In this document: piece by piece, positions 19,736-30,158 of the stretch
Layout of the letters: each line of letters opens with the position of its first letter
How positions within the stretch are numbered: position 1 is the first letter of the stretch
Sequence record: DRR378314_799
DNA length: 64,000 nucleotides
Direction: 5' to 3' (one strand)
Position numbers and translations under genes: made by a program
The notes under the pieces: generated by a model
Seen by the model: the letters and a program-made list of their open reading frames with translations, nothing else
Database searches by the model: none
Told to the model about the DNA's origin: nothing

Positions 19736-20740
19736 ATGGCCGAAGAGCCAGAAAAAACGTGGCAATGGGTAACAGTCGATGACTATGAAAAACCTGCCGT
19801 GCCCACCACGATAAAGATAAAAAAGTGGTGGAAAAAATTTGTTCGCTGGGTCACGCCTGAGCAAGAGCATGAAGGTGAGGAAGAGCAATCGCAAGTACTA
19901 GAACTGAGTTTTGATACCGCTGCAGAGACCCTGGATGATTGCTTTTCTGACTGGTTAAATGACGATGACGATAGCAGCTTACGCTGGATTATTGCGCCAC
20001 CTCACTCTGGTGTTGAGGAAGCGGTGCAAAAGTGGGCTGAGAAGCATAGTCTAGCGGAAGTGAGCCTGCCCGACAGAGAGTCACTTTGCGACCCTGATGA
20101 TTCTCCTATGCCGGAGTTTTCGCCTAAGTCCGATGATAATAACCCCTGGATAATGCCGCAGTTAGCACACAGCTTTCTGCGCCAGACGAACGGTTTGCGC
20201 TGGGTGCGGGAATTCTTCTCTCAGGTACTGTCCGGTGAAGCGGGTAAAGGCGTTATTGTCTGTGACAGCTGGGCCTGGGCTTTTCTGGAAAAAGTCTGGC
20301 CGGTGCCGGTAAATCAGTTATGGACATTGCAGGGGCTGGATCAAAACGCCCTTGAGCGGCTTGGATTAGCTCGCGGAGATGGTCGTTTACGGGCTTTAGC
20401 CGCATTAAGCCGGGGTAATGCTGGTGTCGCTGCGGCCTATTCTGACCGTTATCAACGTGGCAGCGAAAAGGCCTTTGACACACCGGCGCTACCCTCGGAG
20501 ATAAATGATGCCACTGCTTTTGTCTGTTATGCCCTGTTGCTTCACCGGGGCATGAGTAAAACGCAGTTAGTGCAGGCGTTGCCGATAGTTTCAGGCAGCC
20601 AGCTTGAAATTCAGTTACAGGTGCTTAAACAACGTGGCTTGATTGAGCTAGAGCAAGAGCTTTGGTATGTCACTGCACGCGGCTATCCTGTTGTCAGGGA
20701 TTTGCTCATGTCCCGTGGTTTTTGGTTAGACCGGTTTTAA
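19736..20740 (+). CDS. Hypothetical protein with a degenerate P-loop-like region and a C-terminal winged-helix-like region
   Basis: WIIAPPHSGV resembles a decayed Walker A; C-terminal L..L.QRGLI...YVTARGY; apparently co-transcribed with mscS. Confidence 0.55.
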   Translation: MAEEPEKTWQWVTVDDYEKPAVPTTIKIKKWWKKFVRWVTPEQEHEGEEEQSQVLELSFDTAAETLDDCFSDWLNDDDDSSLRWIIAPPHSGVEEAVQKWAEKHSLAEVSLPDRESLCDPDDSPMPEFSPKSDDNNPWIMPQLAHSFLRQTNGLRWVREFFSQVLSGEAGKGVIVCDSWAWAFLEKVWPVPVNQLWTLQGLDQNALERLGLARGDGRLRALAALSRGNAGVAAAYSDRYQRGSEKAFDTPALPSEINDATAFVCYALLLHRGMSKTQLVQALPIVSGSQLEIQLQVLKQRGLIELEQELWYVTARGYPVVRDLLMSRGFWLDRF

Positions 20741-20763
20741 CGCTGCGGGTTTAGGAGAAAGTA

Positions 20764-21588
20764 ATGGAAACTGGTTCAGTAAAAGACGTGACCGGGCTAT
20801 TTAAGTCATTAGACGGCTTTGCCATTTTTGAAATTGCTGTGATTTTTGCCCTGGCACTGGCCGTCGTTTGGCTTACCCAGCGCGTTTTACCCTGGGTAGC
20901 GGCGCATTTGCACGGCAAAAGGCGGTTATACATTCTGGCAATGGTGCCAATGATCCGCATAGTGGTTCTGGTTATTGCGCTGGTTATGATTATTCCGCGT
21001 ATTATTGAGCCTACGTTGCAAAATATGGTGGCGACACTGGGTGCTGCCGGTCTGGCGATAGGTTTTGCCTTAAAAGATTACGTCAGCAGCTTAATTGCTG
21101 GCGTGGTAGCCATTCACGAAATGCCCTACCGTCCGGGTGACTGGATAGAAGTTGACGGTAGTTATGGCGAAGTTACCCATATAGGCATGCGTACGGTCGA
21201 ATTGGTAACCAATGATGACACCGTTATTTGGGTGCCGCACTTAAAGCTTTGGGATAACCTCATCCATAATGCCAATAACGGTGGCCCGAGCTTAATGTGC
21301 ATTGCTGAGTTTTATACTCAGCCGGAAGCCGACGCCTATCAAATTCGCGACGCGCTGGAAGAAGTAGCGTTGACCAGCCCTTATCTGCAACTGGGTAAGC
21401 CAATAGCGGTTACTGCAGCAGAACAACCCTGGGGCACAAAGTATCGCTTAAAAGCCTACCCGATAGACCCCAGACAGCAGTTTCAGTTTATTACCGACAT
21501 GACCGCCCGGGGTAAAAAGCGGCTAATGGAACTGGGCGTACGCTTCGCCAAGGTTGAATCGGACGAAGCGTACGAGCTCACTCATTAA
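20764..21588 (+). CDS. Small-conductance mechanosensitive channel (MscS family)
   Basis: GAAGLAIGFALKD..S..IAG, PYRPGDWIEVDG.YGEV..IGMR; AGGAG RBS. Confidence 0.9.
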   Translation: METGSVKDVTGLFKSLDGFAIFEIAVIFALALAVVWLTQRVLPWVAAHLHGKRRLYILAMVPMIRIVVLVIALVMIIPRIIEPTLQNMVATLGAAGLAIGFALKDYVSSLIAGVVAIHEMPYRPGDWIEVDGSYGEVTHIGMRTVELVTNDDTVIWVPHLKLWDNLIHNANNGGPSLMCIAEFYTQPEADAYQIRDALEEVALTSPYLQLGKPIAVTAAEQPWGTKYRLKAYPIDPRQQFQFITDMTARGKKRLMELGVRFAKVESDEAYELTH

Positions 21589-23417
21589 GCTTCTTCCGCT
21601 AAAAAGCCACCGGACTGGTGGCGCCATAATTTGGCGTAGAGTCCATCCTGAGCAAGCAGCTGTTCGTGGCTGCCCTGCTCAATAATTTCCCCCTGATCCA
21701 TTACTACCAGCTTGTCCATAGCTGCAATAGTGGATAAGCGGTGGGCAATAGCAATAACCGTTTTACCCTGCATGAGTTTATACAGGTTTTCCTGAATGGC
21801 GTTTTCTACTTCCGAATCCAGCGCTGAGGTTGCTTCGTCCAGAATCAGAATGGGTGCATCTTTTAGCATGACTCGGGCAATAGCAATTCGCTGGCGTTGA
21901 CCACCTGAGAGTTTCACGCCGCGCTCGCCGACATGGGCATCCAGACCCGTACGACCTTTGCTGTCGCTTAAGTCCGCAATAAACTCCTCGCAATGCGCCT
22001 GTCGTATTGCCTTCATTAAGTCCTCTTCACTGGCATCGGGGCGCCCGTACAAAATATTGTCGCGTACTGAGCGGTGCAGCAAAGAAGTGTCCTGAGTCAC
22101 CATGCCAATGTTCGCGCGCAAACTGTCCTGCTGCACTTTATGGATGGGTTTATCATCAATACGAACTTCACCGCCCTCAACGTCGTAGAAACGTAACAAC
22201 AAATTCACCAGCGTGGACTTACCCGCCCCTGAGCGTCCGACAATACCGACTTTTTCACCCGGTTTAATGTGCAGATTAAAGTCATCCATAACGCCATGAC
22301 CTTTGCCATAATGGAAGCGAACATGGTCAAAATTAATGTCGCCGGAAGTCACATTCAAAGCGGGCGCATTGGGTTCATCGACAATGCGCTGTGGCACCGC
22401 AATAGAGCCAATACCGTCCTGAACGGTACCAATGCTTTCAAACAGGGTCGACATTTGCCACATGACCATTTGCGACATACCAAACAAGCGCAGAACCAGA
22501 CCAATAACGACAGCAACAGCGCCTAAAGTCACAGCATTATCCATCCACAGCACAATGGCGGTGGCTGCAGAGCCGAACAACAGTGCGCAGTTTATAAAGT
22601 AGAGAAAGCCGTAAAGCTGGGTAACCAGGCGCATTTGCTTATGCACTGTCCCCAAAAAGGTGTCCATACCCTCGTGCGCAAACTCAGCCTCGCGCAGCGA
22701 GTGTGAAAACAACTTAACGGTTTGAATGTTGGTATAGGAGTCGACAATGCGTCCGGTCATATTAGAGCGGGCATCGGCCTGTTCAGCTGATATTTTACCC
22801 AGTTTAGGCACAAAGAAGCGTAACAACAGGGCGTACAGAATAAGCCAGCAAGCCAGCGGCAGCATCATTCGCCAGTCGGCACTACCAATAATGACAAACA
22901 TCCCCAGGAAGTAGACAGCGACGTAGTTCACGACCTCAATAAAGGTCATGATGCACTGCCGCAGCGCGAGCGAGGTTTGCATTAATTTGGTGGCAACCCG
23001 GCCGGCAAACTCATCCTGATAGTAACTCATGGACTGTTTCATCAGGTAGCGGTGCCCCAGCCAGCGAATGCGCATGGGGAAGTTACCCAACAACGTCTGG
23101 TGGGTTAGCATAGAATGAAACCAGACCAGTAAGGGAAGACCGATTAAAACCATCGCGCTCATTCCAAGCAATGGCCAGAACTGATCGTTTAATAAGGTTT
23201 CTTTGTCCTGTGCTGACAGCCAGTCAACAATTTGCCCTAAAAAGCCAAATAACCAGACTTCAGCAATGGCAATAGCGGCCATAAGCAGCGCGGTTACTGC
23301 AATAAAAGGGGTCGCCCCTTTGGTAAAATGCCAGCAGAATGCAAAAAATCCGGTAGGAGCCTGAGTCGGTTCCTCCGTAGGAAAAGGGTTTAATCGGCGC
23401 TCAAACCAGGAAAACAT
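21585..23417 (-). CDS. ABC exporter with fused TMD and NBD
   Basis: Walker A GRSGAGKST, signature LSGGQRQR, Walker B LILDEATSALD, AHRLST. Confidence 0.93.
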   Translation of the reverse strand: MFSWFERRLNPFPTEEPTQAPTGFFAFCWHFTKGATPFIAVTALLMAAIAIAEVWLFGFLGQIVDWLSAQDKETLLNDQFWPLLGMSAMVLIGLPLLVWFHSMLTHQTLLGNFPMRIRWLGHRYLMKQSMSYYQDEFAGRVATKLMQTSLALRQCIMTFIEVVNYVAVYFLGMFVIIGSADWRMMLPLACWLILYALLLRFFVPKLGKISAEQADARSNMTGRIVDSYTNIQTVKLFSHSLREAEFAHEGMDTFLGTVHKQMRLVTQLYGFLYFINCALLFGSAATAIVLWMDNAVTLGAVAVVIGLVLRLFGMSQMVMWQMSTLFESIGTVQDGIGSIAVPQRIVDEPNAPALNVTSGDINFDHVRFHYGKGHGVMDDFNLHIKPGEKVGIVGRSGAGKSTLVNLLLRFYDVEGGEVRIDDKPIHKVQQDSLRANIGMVTQDTSLLHRSVRDNILYGRPDASEEDLMKAIRQAHCEEFIADLSDSKGRTGLDAHVGERGVKLSGGQRQRIAIARVMLKDAPILILDEATSALDSEVENAIQENLYKLMQGKTVIAIAHRLSTIAAMDKLVVMDQGEIIEQGSHEQLLAQDGLYAKLWRHQSGGFLAEEA

Positions 23418-23497
23418 TGCTTCACTCCTTGAGATACATCAAGCTAAAGGATATCAGGTTCACCGCCGTTCATCTTGTAAAAAACGGACACATGAAC

Positions 23498-23516
23498 AAT
23501 AATGATAACTATTAAC
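23498..23516. promoter_or_regulatory. Fur box
   Basis: AATAATGATAACTATTAAC matches GATAATGATAATCATTATC at 15 of 19 positions, ending 16 bp before the ATG at 23533. Confidence 0.65.
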
Positions 23517-23532
23517 AATAAATGAGGTTTTT

Positions 23533-23952
23533 ATGAAACTTTTGTCCATGATGGCTGCAGGCGCGGCACTGCTTTTTAACGTAGCGGCAATGGCCGACGA
23601 CGATGATCAGCGATACGAACATTTTAAACCAGAGCCAGCCGAGAATCTGGAACAGGCTATTATGAACCTGAACGAGTATAACGCGAAACTGCAGAAAATC
23701 GTGAATGGCGATTTAACTGCACAGGACATGGCTAAAGTTCATGAACTGACCTACACATTGGAAGTGGCGCTGGCACGTTTAAGCAAAGAGCTGGATATTG
23801 CAGCGAATTCGCTGGAAGAAGTTCATCTGGGTTCTGAACAAATGAATAAACAGCGCGTTAAAGGCTTTGGTAAAAGCTACTTAGACACGCTGAACCATGT
23901 GTTGGGCGAGCATCGCAAACACCACAAGGGCGACCGCAAAAAGCAGCATTAA
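23533..23952 (+). CDS. Exported helical protein (DUF6746-like) with a His/Lys-rich tail
   Basis: Signal peptide, HF...AE.LE.A..NL.EYN, HELTYTLE.AL, LEEVHL.SE; GAGG RBS. Confidence 0.65.
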   Translation: MKLLSMMAAGAALLFNVAAMADDDDQRYEHFKPEPAENLEQAIMNLNEYNAKLQKIVNGDLTAQDMAKVHELTYTLEVALARLSKELDIAANSLEEVHLGSEQMNKQRVKGFGKSYLDTLNHVLGEHRKHHKGDRKKQH

Positions 23953-23956
23953 TAAC

Positions 23957-25063
23957 TTAGAGTGTTTCCAAAAACGCCTTAAAGTGTCGTAGCCAAAAGC
24001 TTTGTGGCTGCGACATGGCGTTTCTGCCAATTGAAACTTCGCAAATAGCTTCGTCGTTTATTTCAGCTCTTGGTAGCGGTAATAATACGACTCCGGTATT
24101 GCTGGCGTAATCCGTTATTTTTTCACTGAGTTCATCGGCTGTTAAAGCAAAATGCAGATGAAACATGGCCACTTGCGGTGTTTCTGGGTTAACTCGTACA
24201 CCACTCAGTGTGTTAAGTGCCTCTCCAAGTGCCCGGGCGTAATTTACGGCTTCCGGCATAATTGGCAGGTTTTCCTTTAGGCCGCGACGGGCAGACAACA
24301 CCTGAGGGTATTGAGTAATAATATTGCCGCCAGCACGGCGAGCCCAGACTTTGGTTTGCTCGATGAAACCCTCTGAGCCAGCAAGTATCGCTCCTGAAAT
24401 GCCGCCTAAATCTTTATAAAAGCTGACATAAACTGAGTCAAATAATTCACAGACCTCGGGCAGTGAACAGTCATAAGCGCTCGGCACCTGCCATAAGCGC
24501 GCCCCGTCCAGATGCATCGCAATATTGTGTTGTCGGGCCCACTGCGACTGCATGACTAAATCATCCCAATTCGGCAGTTGCCCGCCAATTTCGCGCATGG
24601 GCAGTTCCAGTAGCACGCTCGCCAAATCATCCATTTGCACGGATTTGAGGTCGTTAAGCGTTATGGGTTTATCGGCAAAACCCGTGGTGGTGCCATTGAG
24701 CTTCCATAAAGCTTCAAATCCCATTTGTTCATGCAGCATTAGATGTGAGGTTGGGTGCAACGCGACGCCGTTGCGTTGGCGCTCATCGGCATGCACGCGC
24801 AAAGCCAGGGGCTGTGCCAGAGTACCGGTTGGCAGAAATAACGCCGCGGGTTTGCCTAATAACTCCGCCACTTCGTCTTCAAAGTCATTAATAAGCGAGC
24901 CGCTGCCATAAACGTCTTTTTTCTCATTCGGTTGCAGTTGCTCCGCAAGCAGCCTCAGTTCATCGGCCATTGAGTTCTGCGGTTGCCGCAAAAGCGACGC
25001 GCTGGCCTGTTCAACGGCGTGTTGGTAAGCCTGTTTGGTTTTTTCACTAATTGAGACTGACAT
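23957..25063 (-). CDS. Low-specificity threonine aldolase family PLP enzyme
   Basis: DVYG, E..VAELLGKPAALFLPTGT.AQ, HLDGARLW, SVYVSFYKDLGG; AGGTG RBS before the ATG at 25063. Confidence 0.85.
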   Translation of the reverse strand: MSVSISEKTKQAYQHAVEQASASLLRQPQNSMADELRLLAEQLQPNEKKDVYGSGSLINDFEDEVAELLGKPAALFLPTGTLAQPLALRVHADERQRNGVALHPTSHLMLHEQMGFEALWKLNGTTTGFADKPITLNDLKSVQMDDLASVLLELPMREIGGQLPNWDDLVMQSQWARQHNIAMHLDGARLWQVPSAYDCSLPEVCELFDSVYVSFYKDLGGISGAILAGSEGFIEQTKVWARRAGGNIITQYPQVLSARRGLKENLPIMPEAVNYARALGEALNTLSGVRVNPETPQVAMFHLHFALTADELSEKITDYASNTGVVLLPLPRAEINDEAICEVSIGRNAMSQPQSFWLRHFKAFLETL

Positions 25064-25070
25064 GCTGCAC

Positions 25071-25322
25071 CTATTTTGAATGGACTTTACCGCCAATAAT
25101 TTTGTAAGCAGGGGTGCCGCGTATCATGGTTTCGCGCGCAAACTCCTGCCCACATCCCGGGCAGTGACATGGTGTGGTCGTGTGGTCTTCAACAATCCGC
25201 TCAATAAAGCATTTTACTAAAGCGCCTTTGCCACCTTTGCGATATTTAAATATGGGCGTTTTGCACTGCAGACAAGAAATCTGCACGGTGCGTACCGGCC
25301 CTTTCTTGTTCGGTTTCGCCAT
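25071..25322 (-). CDS. Small basic zinc-ribbon-like hypothetical protein
   Basis: CLQC, YRKGGKGALVKCF, CHCPGCG; ends 7 bp before the aldolase start. Confidence 0.7.
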   Translation of the reverse strand: MAKPNKKGPVRTVQISCLQCKTPIFKYRKGGKGALVKCFIERIVEDHTTTPCHCPGCGQEFARETMIRGTPAYKIIGGKVHSK

Positions 25323-25416
25323 AAACTCTTCGGTTATAATTTAAGCATTTCCATTAGTGTAACAAGCACGCTATAGTTTTTCTTCCTGTATCAAAAGAAG
25401 AATAAAGGACACTGCT

Positions 25417-27288
25417 ATGCGTTATTCCATTGTCGCCCTGGCTGTTTTGGGCTTATTAACGGCTTGTGGGCAACCGCAAGAGAACAATTCTGGCCAAAAT
25501 TCTCAAACGGCTGCTGAGCAACCTAAACAGACTGAGCAAAGCTCGCAATCTGAAACCGAACGTCTGAATCAGTGGTTTGAGGAAAAGTACGAAGAACAAC
25601 TTCAGCAAAGCCCTATTCAAATGACCTTCCTGGGCCGCAAAGATCGCTACGGCGACATTGACGATATGACCGTAGCCGCAGAGAAAAAGCAGTTAGAGTG
25701 GTTAGAAGGAACCGTTGAAGAGCTGAAAGCTAACTTTGACTACGACAAGCTAAACCTGGAAGCTCAGACGTCTTACGACGTTTGGGTTTACCAGTACGAA
25801 CAAGCCAAGCGTAATGCCGAATTCCGCGGCATGGACTACGTATTTGACCAAATGCGCGGCGCGCACACCTTCCTACCGCAGTTTTTAATCAACTTCCACC
25901 GGGTTGATAATGCCGAAGACATGGAAGCTTATATTTCCCGGTTGGAAGGCGGTGCAACGGCCATTGAGCAGCTATTGCAACGCGCTGAGCAGCAAGTAAA
26001 AAATGGAGTTCGCGCGCCGCGTTTTGCGTATGAGCAAATTATTAAAGAAGCTAAAGGGCTGACCTCCGGCGCGCCGTTTGACGAGGAAGGCGACTCAAGC
26101 TTGCTTGAAGATGCTAAGAACAAGCTTAGCTCGCTTCAGGAAAATGATGTGATCTCCGCAGAACAAGCCGACAAATACGAGAAAGAAGTGCGCAAAGTGC
26201 TACTAGAGCGTTTCCAGCCAAGTTACGAAGCACTTATTAGCTTCCTGGAAAGCGATATTAAAAACACCGACGAAGTCGCAACCGGTGTGCATCGTCTGGA
26301 AAACGGCGAAGCTTATTACAATGCGTTGCTGAAAAACTATACGACCACAGATTTAACGGCTGAGGAAATTCATCAAATAGGCCTTGATGAAGTCGAGCGT
26401 CTGACCAATGACATGATAGCCATTAAAGAGAAAGTCGACTTTGACGGTGATTTGCAGGACTTCTTTGATTATATCCGTACTGATGAGCGCTTCTTCTATC
26501 CGAATAACGACGAAGGCGCAGAGATGTATCTGGAAGATTCGCGTGAGTACCTAGCTTACATTAATGAAAAGCTGCCGGAATATTTTGGAATTTTGCCAAA
26601 AGCCGACTTAGTTGTGAAACGCGTTGAAGCCTTCCGTGAACAAGACGGTGCAGCCCAGCACTATTACCCCGGTTCGCCTGACGGTGAGCGTCCAGGCATT
26701 TACTATGCGCATTTGTCGGACATGAGCTCTATGCCGAAAAATGAGATGGAAGCCATTGCCTATCACGAAGGTAACCCGGGTCACCATATGCAAATTTCCA
26801 TTGCGCAGGAGCTGGAGTCCGTACCGGAATTCCGTACTCAGGCCGGCTTTACGGTTTACACCGAAGGTTGGGGCTTATATGCAGAGCAATTAGCCAAGGA
26901 AATGGGTGCCTATGAAGACCCTTATTCTGATTTTGGTCGCTTAACCACGGAAATGTGGCGTGCGGTACGTCTGGTTGTGGATACCGGTATGCACGCTAAG
27001 GGCTGGACCGAAGAGGAAGCGGTTAAGTACTTTCAGGAACATACGCCGATTGCTGAAGGTGCTGTGCGTTCAGAAGTTCGTCGCTATCTGGTTATGCCGG
27101 GTCAGGCGACGGCTTATAAAATTGGCATGATCCGCATTTTGGAACTGCGTGAAGAAGCCAGAGATGCTCTGGGTGACAAGTTCGATATTCGCGGCTTCCA
27201 TGACACCGTTCTGGGTGGTGGTGCACTACCACTGCACATCCTGGAGCGCCGTGTTGAACAGTGGGTTAAAGAGCAGAAAAAAGCCTAA
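25417..27288 (+). CDS. DUF885 family lipoprotein (probable zinc metallopeptidase)
   Basis: Lipobox LTAC; YHEGNPGHHMQ, EGWGLYAE, RLVVDTG.H, PGQATAYKIG. Confidence 0.9.
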   Translation: MRYSIVALAVLGLLTACGQPQENNSGQNSQTAAEQPKQTEQSSQSETERLNQWFEEKYEEQLQQSPIQMTFLGRKDRYGDIDDMTVAAEKKQLEWLEGTVEELKANFDYDKLNLEAQTSYDVWVYQYEQAKRNAEFRGMDYVFDQMRGAHTFLPQFLINFHRVDNAEDMEAYISRLEGGATAIEQLLQRAEQQVKNGVRAPRFAYEQIIKEAKGLTSGAPFDEEGDSSLLEDAKNKLSSLQENDVISAEQADKYEKEVRKVLLERFQPSYEALISFLESDIKNTDEVATGVHRLENGEAYYNALLKNYTTTDLTAEEIHQIGLDEVERLTNDMIAIKEKVDFDGDLQDFFDYIRTDERFFYPNNDEGAEMYLEDSREYLAYINEKLPEYFGILPKADLVVKRVEAFREQDGAAQHYYPGSPDGERPGIYYAHLSDMSSMPKNEMEAIAYHEGNPGHHMQISIAQELESVPEFRTQAGFTVYTEGWGLYAEQLAKEMGAYEDPYSDFGRLTTEMWRAVRLVVDTGMHAKGWTEEEAVKYFQEHTPIAEGAVRSEVRRYLVMPGQATAYKIGMIRILELREEARDALGDKFDIRGFHDTVLGGGALPLHILERRVEQWVKEQKKA

Positions 27289-27303
27289 CTAAGGAGAGTT
27301 ATT

Positions 27304-28170
27304 GTGAAATGGCTAGTATTGGTGCTGACTGCTGCTTTATTTCTCCCCGGCGCTTATGCCGGGGAGTCAACTAAGCAAATTATTCAAAATCATTTGTCCG
27401 AACAGCGGCTGGATGACGCCGAAGATACCGTGGAAGACTGGGTCAAGAATGAACCGGAAAATGCTGAAGCCTGGCATATACGCGGCATTGTTATGGCCCA
27501 GCAGGCACAGGACTCTTTTTTCAGTGCGCTCAGTTATGCTGGCAAGTCTGTCGACTCTTTTGAAAAAGCCGTAGAGCTTGAGCCTGGTTCGCTGGAATAT
27601 CGCACTGCGTTACTGCAGTTTTATATGATGGCACCTTCAATAGCCGGTGGCGATGATGAAAAAGCACTGGCGCAAATTGAGGCCATTAAGGAAATAGATA
27701 CGGTGGAAGGCGCATTTGCCCGAGTTAAATACCTGCAGCATCATGAAAAAGAAGAGCAGGCGCGGACGCTAGTGAATGAAATTTTAGCTGAGCATCCGAA
27801 TAACGCCGACGTTCTGGTTTATCTTGGCTTTCAGGAACAAAAAGACGGGAACTATGAAAAAGCGTTCTCTCTTTTTGAACAAGCGGCAGAGGGTGAATCA
27901 AGAAAAGGCGAAGCTCCGGTAATGGCTTTGTACCAATTTGGTAAAACCTCTGTTTTGGCGGAAGAACAGCTAGATAAAGGTATTGAGGCACTGCAACAGT
28001 ATTTGGACGCTGAGTTACCGGACAGCGCGCCAAAAGCTCACTGGGCAAACTTTCGGTTAGCTCAATTGCTTGCCTTGAAAGGGAATGACGAGGAATCTCA
28101 GCAGCTTATCGCCAGCCTGAAAAAGGTTGACGATAAAGAGCTTCAGAAGCAACTGTCCAGCTGGAACTAA
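27304..28170 (+). CDS. Exported TPR-repeat protein
   Basis: GTG start after AAGGAG, signal peptide, TPR-like helices, AP.IAGG motif. Confidence 0.75.
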   Translation: MKWLVLVLTAALFLPGAYAGESTKQIIQNHLSEQRLDDAEDTVEDWVKNEPENAEAWHIRGIVMAQQAQDSFFSALSYAGKSVDSFEKAVELEPGSLEYRTALLQFYMMAPSIAGGDDEKALAQIEAIKEIDTVEGAFARVKYLQHHEKEEQARTLVNEILAEHPNNADVLVYLGFQEQKDGNYEKAFSLFEQAAEGESRKGEAPVMALYQFGKTSVLAEEQLDKGIEALQQYLDAELPDSAPKAHWANFRLAQLLALKGNDEESQQLIASLKKVDDKELQKQLSSWN

Positions 28171-29276
28171 GTGTCTAAGTAAGCCCGGTTGCGACCATCA
28201 GACTTAGCGCGATACAGCGCTGAGTCTGCTTTAGATATCATGCGGGTAATTAATTTTTCTGTATCCTCGTCAGCTCTTGGGCTATGGATATAGCCTCCAA
28301 TGCTTACTGTCAGGTAAGGGGCGACGTCTGAACGCTCGTGCTCAAGATCTAAGCTCCTAACTGCCTCGAGTAATTGATTCATACTTTCTTTTGTTTTTTC
28401 TTTATTGGTCGCTGAAATAACCGCAATGAATTCTTCGCCACCATAGCGTGCGATAAAATCCGTACTGCGTTGTAACTGATCAAACATAGCATCAGCAACA
28501 GATTTCAGAGCCTGATCACCCTGTAAATGTCCGTAATAGTCGTTGTAGGGTTTAAAGTGGTCGATATCGATAATAAGCAGAGCTAGCGGAGTCTTGTGCC
28601 GTGATGCTCGCTGAATCTCATTATTTATTCGTTCGTCGAAAGCGCGGCGGTTAGCTATACCGGTTAAACCGTCCTGAGCAACTTGCGCCTGCAGCATACG
28701 GTTAGCTTTTTCCAGTGCTCGCTGAGTATGGATTAGCTCAGAGTAAGTTCGTTGGCGCTCGAGGGTATTCGCAATCATATCGGCAACAAGGCGTAAACGA
28801 CGAATTTCTTCCGGCGTCCATTGCCGTTCTTGCCGCACCATGTCGCAACCGACAAAGCCCAACAGGTGTTGATTTGCAACCAGAGCCACACAAATGACTG
28901 ACTTGATTTGTTCTCGTTCAAATTCCGCTTTCTCGGCTGTTGCTTCCGGAGGTAAAAAATCAATATTATCCACAATACACTTATGGTGGGTTTTTATCTG
29001 CTCAAAAAACCAGGGAAAGTCTTTTGTTTCAATTGCTTGCAAATCGATTATGTGGGCTTGTTGGTCCGCACGAACCCACTCGTGAGTGTTGGTCATGTGC
29101 TCGGTACTGTCATTAAACTCAAAAACATAACAGCGGTCAGCGTCGGCATAGTCGCCGATGGCAGCAATAACCTCTTCTATGCATTCGTAAGTTTCAGCCG
29201 GCTCGCTGTTAATAAGGCGGGTTGATAGTTCAGAGATAAGCTGATCAAAAGATATTTGCTCAGTTTTTAGATCCAT
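28167..29276 (-). CDS. GAF-GGDEF diguanylate cyclase
   Basis: N-terminal GAF-like region; DGLTGIANRR, DIDHFK.YND.YGH..GD, RSTD I-site, RYGGEEF, ADSALYRAK..GRN. Confidence 0.93.
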   Translation of the reverse strand: MDLKTEQISFDQLISELSTRLINSEPAETYECIEEVIAAIGDYADADRCYVFEFNDSTEHMTNTHEWVRADQQAHIIDLQAIETKDFPWFFEQIKTHHKCIVDNIDFLPPEATAEKAEFEREQIKSVICVALVANQHLLGFVGCDMVRQERQWTPEEIRRLRLVADMIANTLERQRTYSELIHTQRALEKANRMLQAQVAQDGLTGIANRRAFDERINNEIQRASRHKTPLALLIIDIDHFKPYNDYYGHLQGDQALKSVADAMFDQLQRSTDFIARYGGEEFIAVISATNKEKTKESMNQLLEAVRSLDLEHERSDVAPYLTVSIGGYIHSPRADEDTEKLITRMISKADSALYRAKSDGRNRAYLDT

Positions 29277-29362
29277 AGCTCACCCCTGTGCTGTTTTAAC
29301 CTTTAGGTAACCATTAACGAGTTTAGTCTAGGTTGTTATTTTTATGTTAACCCAATAAAGGT

Positions 29363-29977
29363 TTAAGCAAAATAAAATTGTAATATATCCTCTACGACAG
29401 GAAGCACAGAAAAGACCAGTAGTAAGGCCATGGAAATATTAAAAATTCTTTGCGCGGTGTGGTTAGTCAGCAATTGACGCAGTCCGGCGCCTGCAATGAG
29501 CCAAATTCCCACACAAGGGAAAGCTACAGCCAAAAAGGCGGCTGTTATCTCTATTACCTCGGACCAAAGTGTGCCAGCTACGGTGGTAAATGCTGCAACC
29601 GCGCCGGTCGCCATAACCCAGGCTTTACCGTTAACCCATTGAAACAGCACCGCCTGCCAGAAAGTCAGGGGATTGCGGTCGCCTTTTTCAATGGTTTTCG
29701 GTGTTTGTGAGCCAATAACCCAGGCCAGCCAGAGCAAATAAAGCGTGCCGGCAATCTTTATCAGTTGGTGCAGCAGTGGAAACTGTTCCAATATGGAACC
29801 GAAACCCATACCAACGACTAGTACCATAGCCGGAAAGCCAAAACAGATGCCCAGAAAGTGCGGCAGGCTGGCTTTAATACCGTAGTTCACCCCCGACGAC
29901 ATGATCATAATGTTATTAGGGCCCGGTGTTATGGTGGTTGAGAAAGCGAAGAAAAATACGGCGATAAAGATTTCCAT
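29363..29977 (-). CDS. LysE/RhtB family amino-acid exporter
   Basis: TPGPNN, G..YLLWLAW, FQWVN.KAW. Confidence 0.9.
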   Translation of the reverse strand: MEIFIAVFFFAFSTTITPGPNNIMIMSSGVNYGIKASLPHFLGICFGFPAMVLVVGMGFGSILEQFPLLHQLIKIAGTLYLLWLAWVIGSQTPKTIEKGDRNPLTFWQAVLFQWVNGKAWVMATGAVAAFTTVAGTLWSEVIEITAAFLAVAFPCVGIWLIAGAGLRQLLTNHTAQRIFNISMALLLVFSVLPVVEDILQFYFA

Positions 29978-30158
29978 AAGCAGGCCCTGTTGACTTCTTA
30001 GCGGATATGAAGCGACGTTAAGGTTAACTTTCGTAATAAATAGTTAACAATTTAAAGCTACATTAATAATACCAAGGTTACAAAGTGAACTAATGTTCTG
30101 TAACCTGTGTCGAAAATATCACATTCTTTTTAAAAAACGAAAACGGGGCAATAACTTA

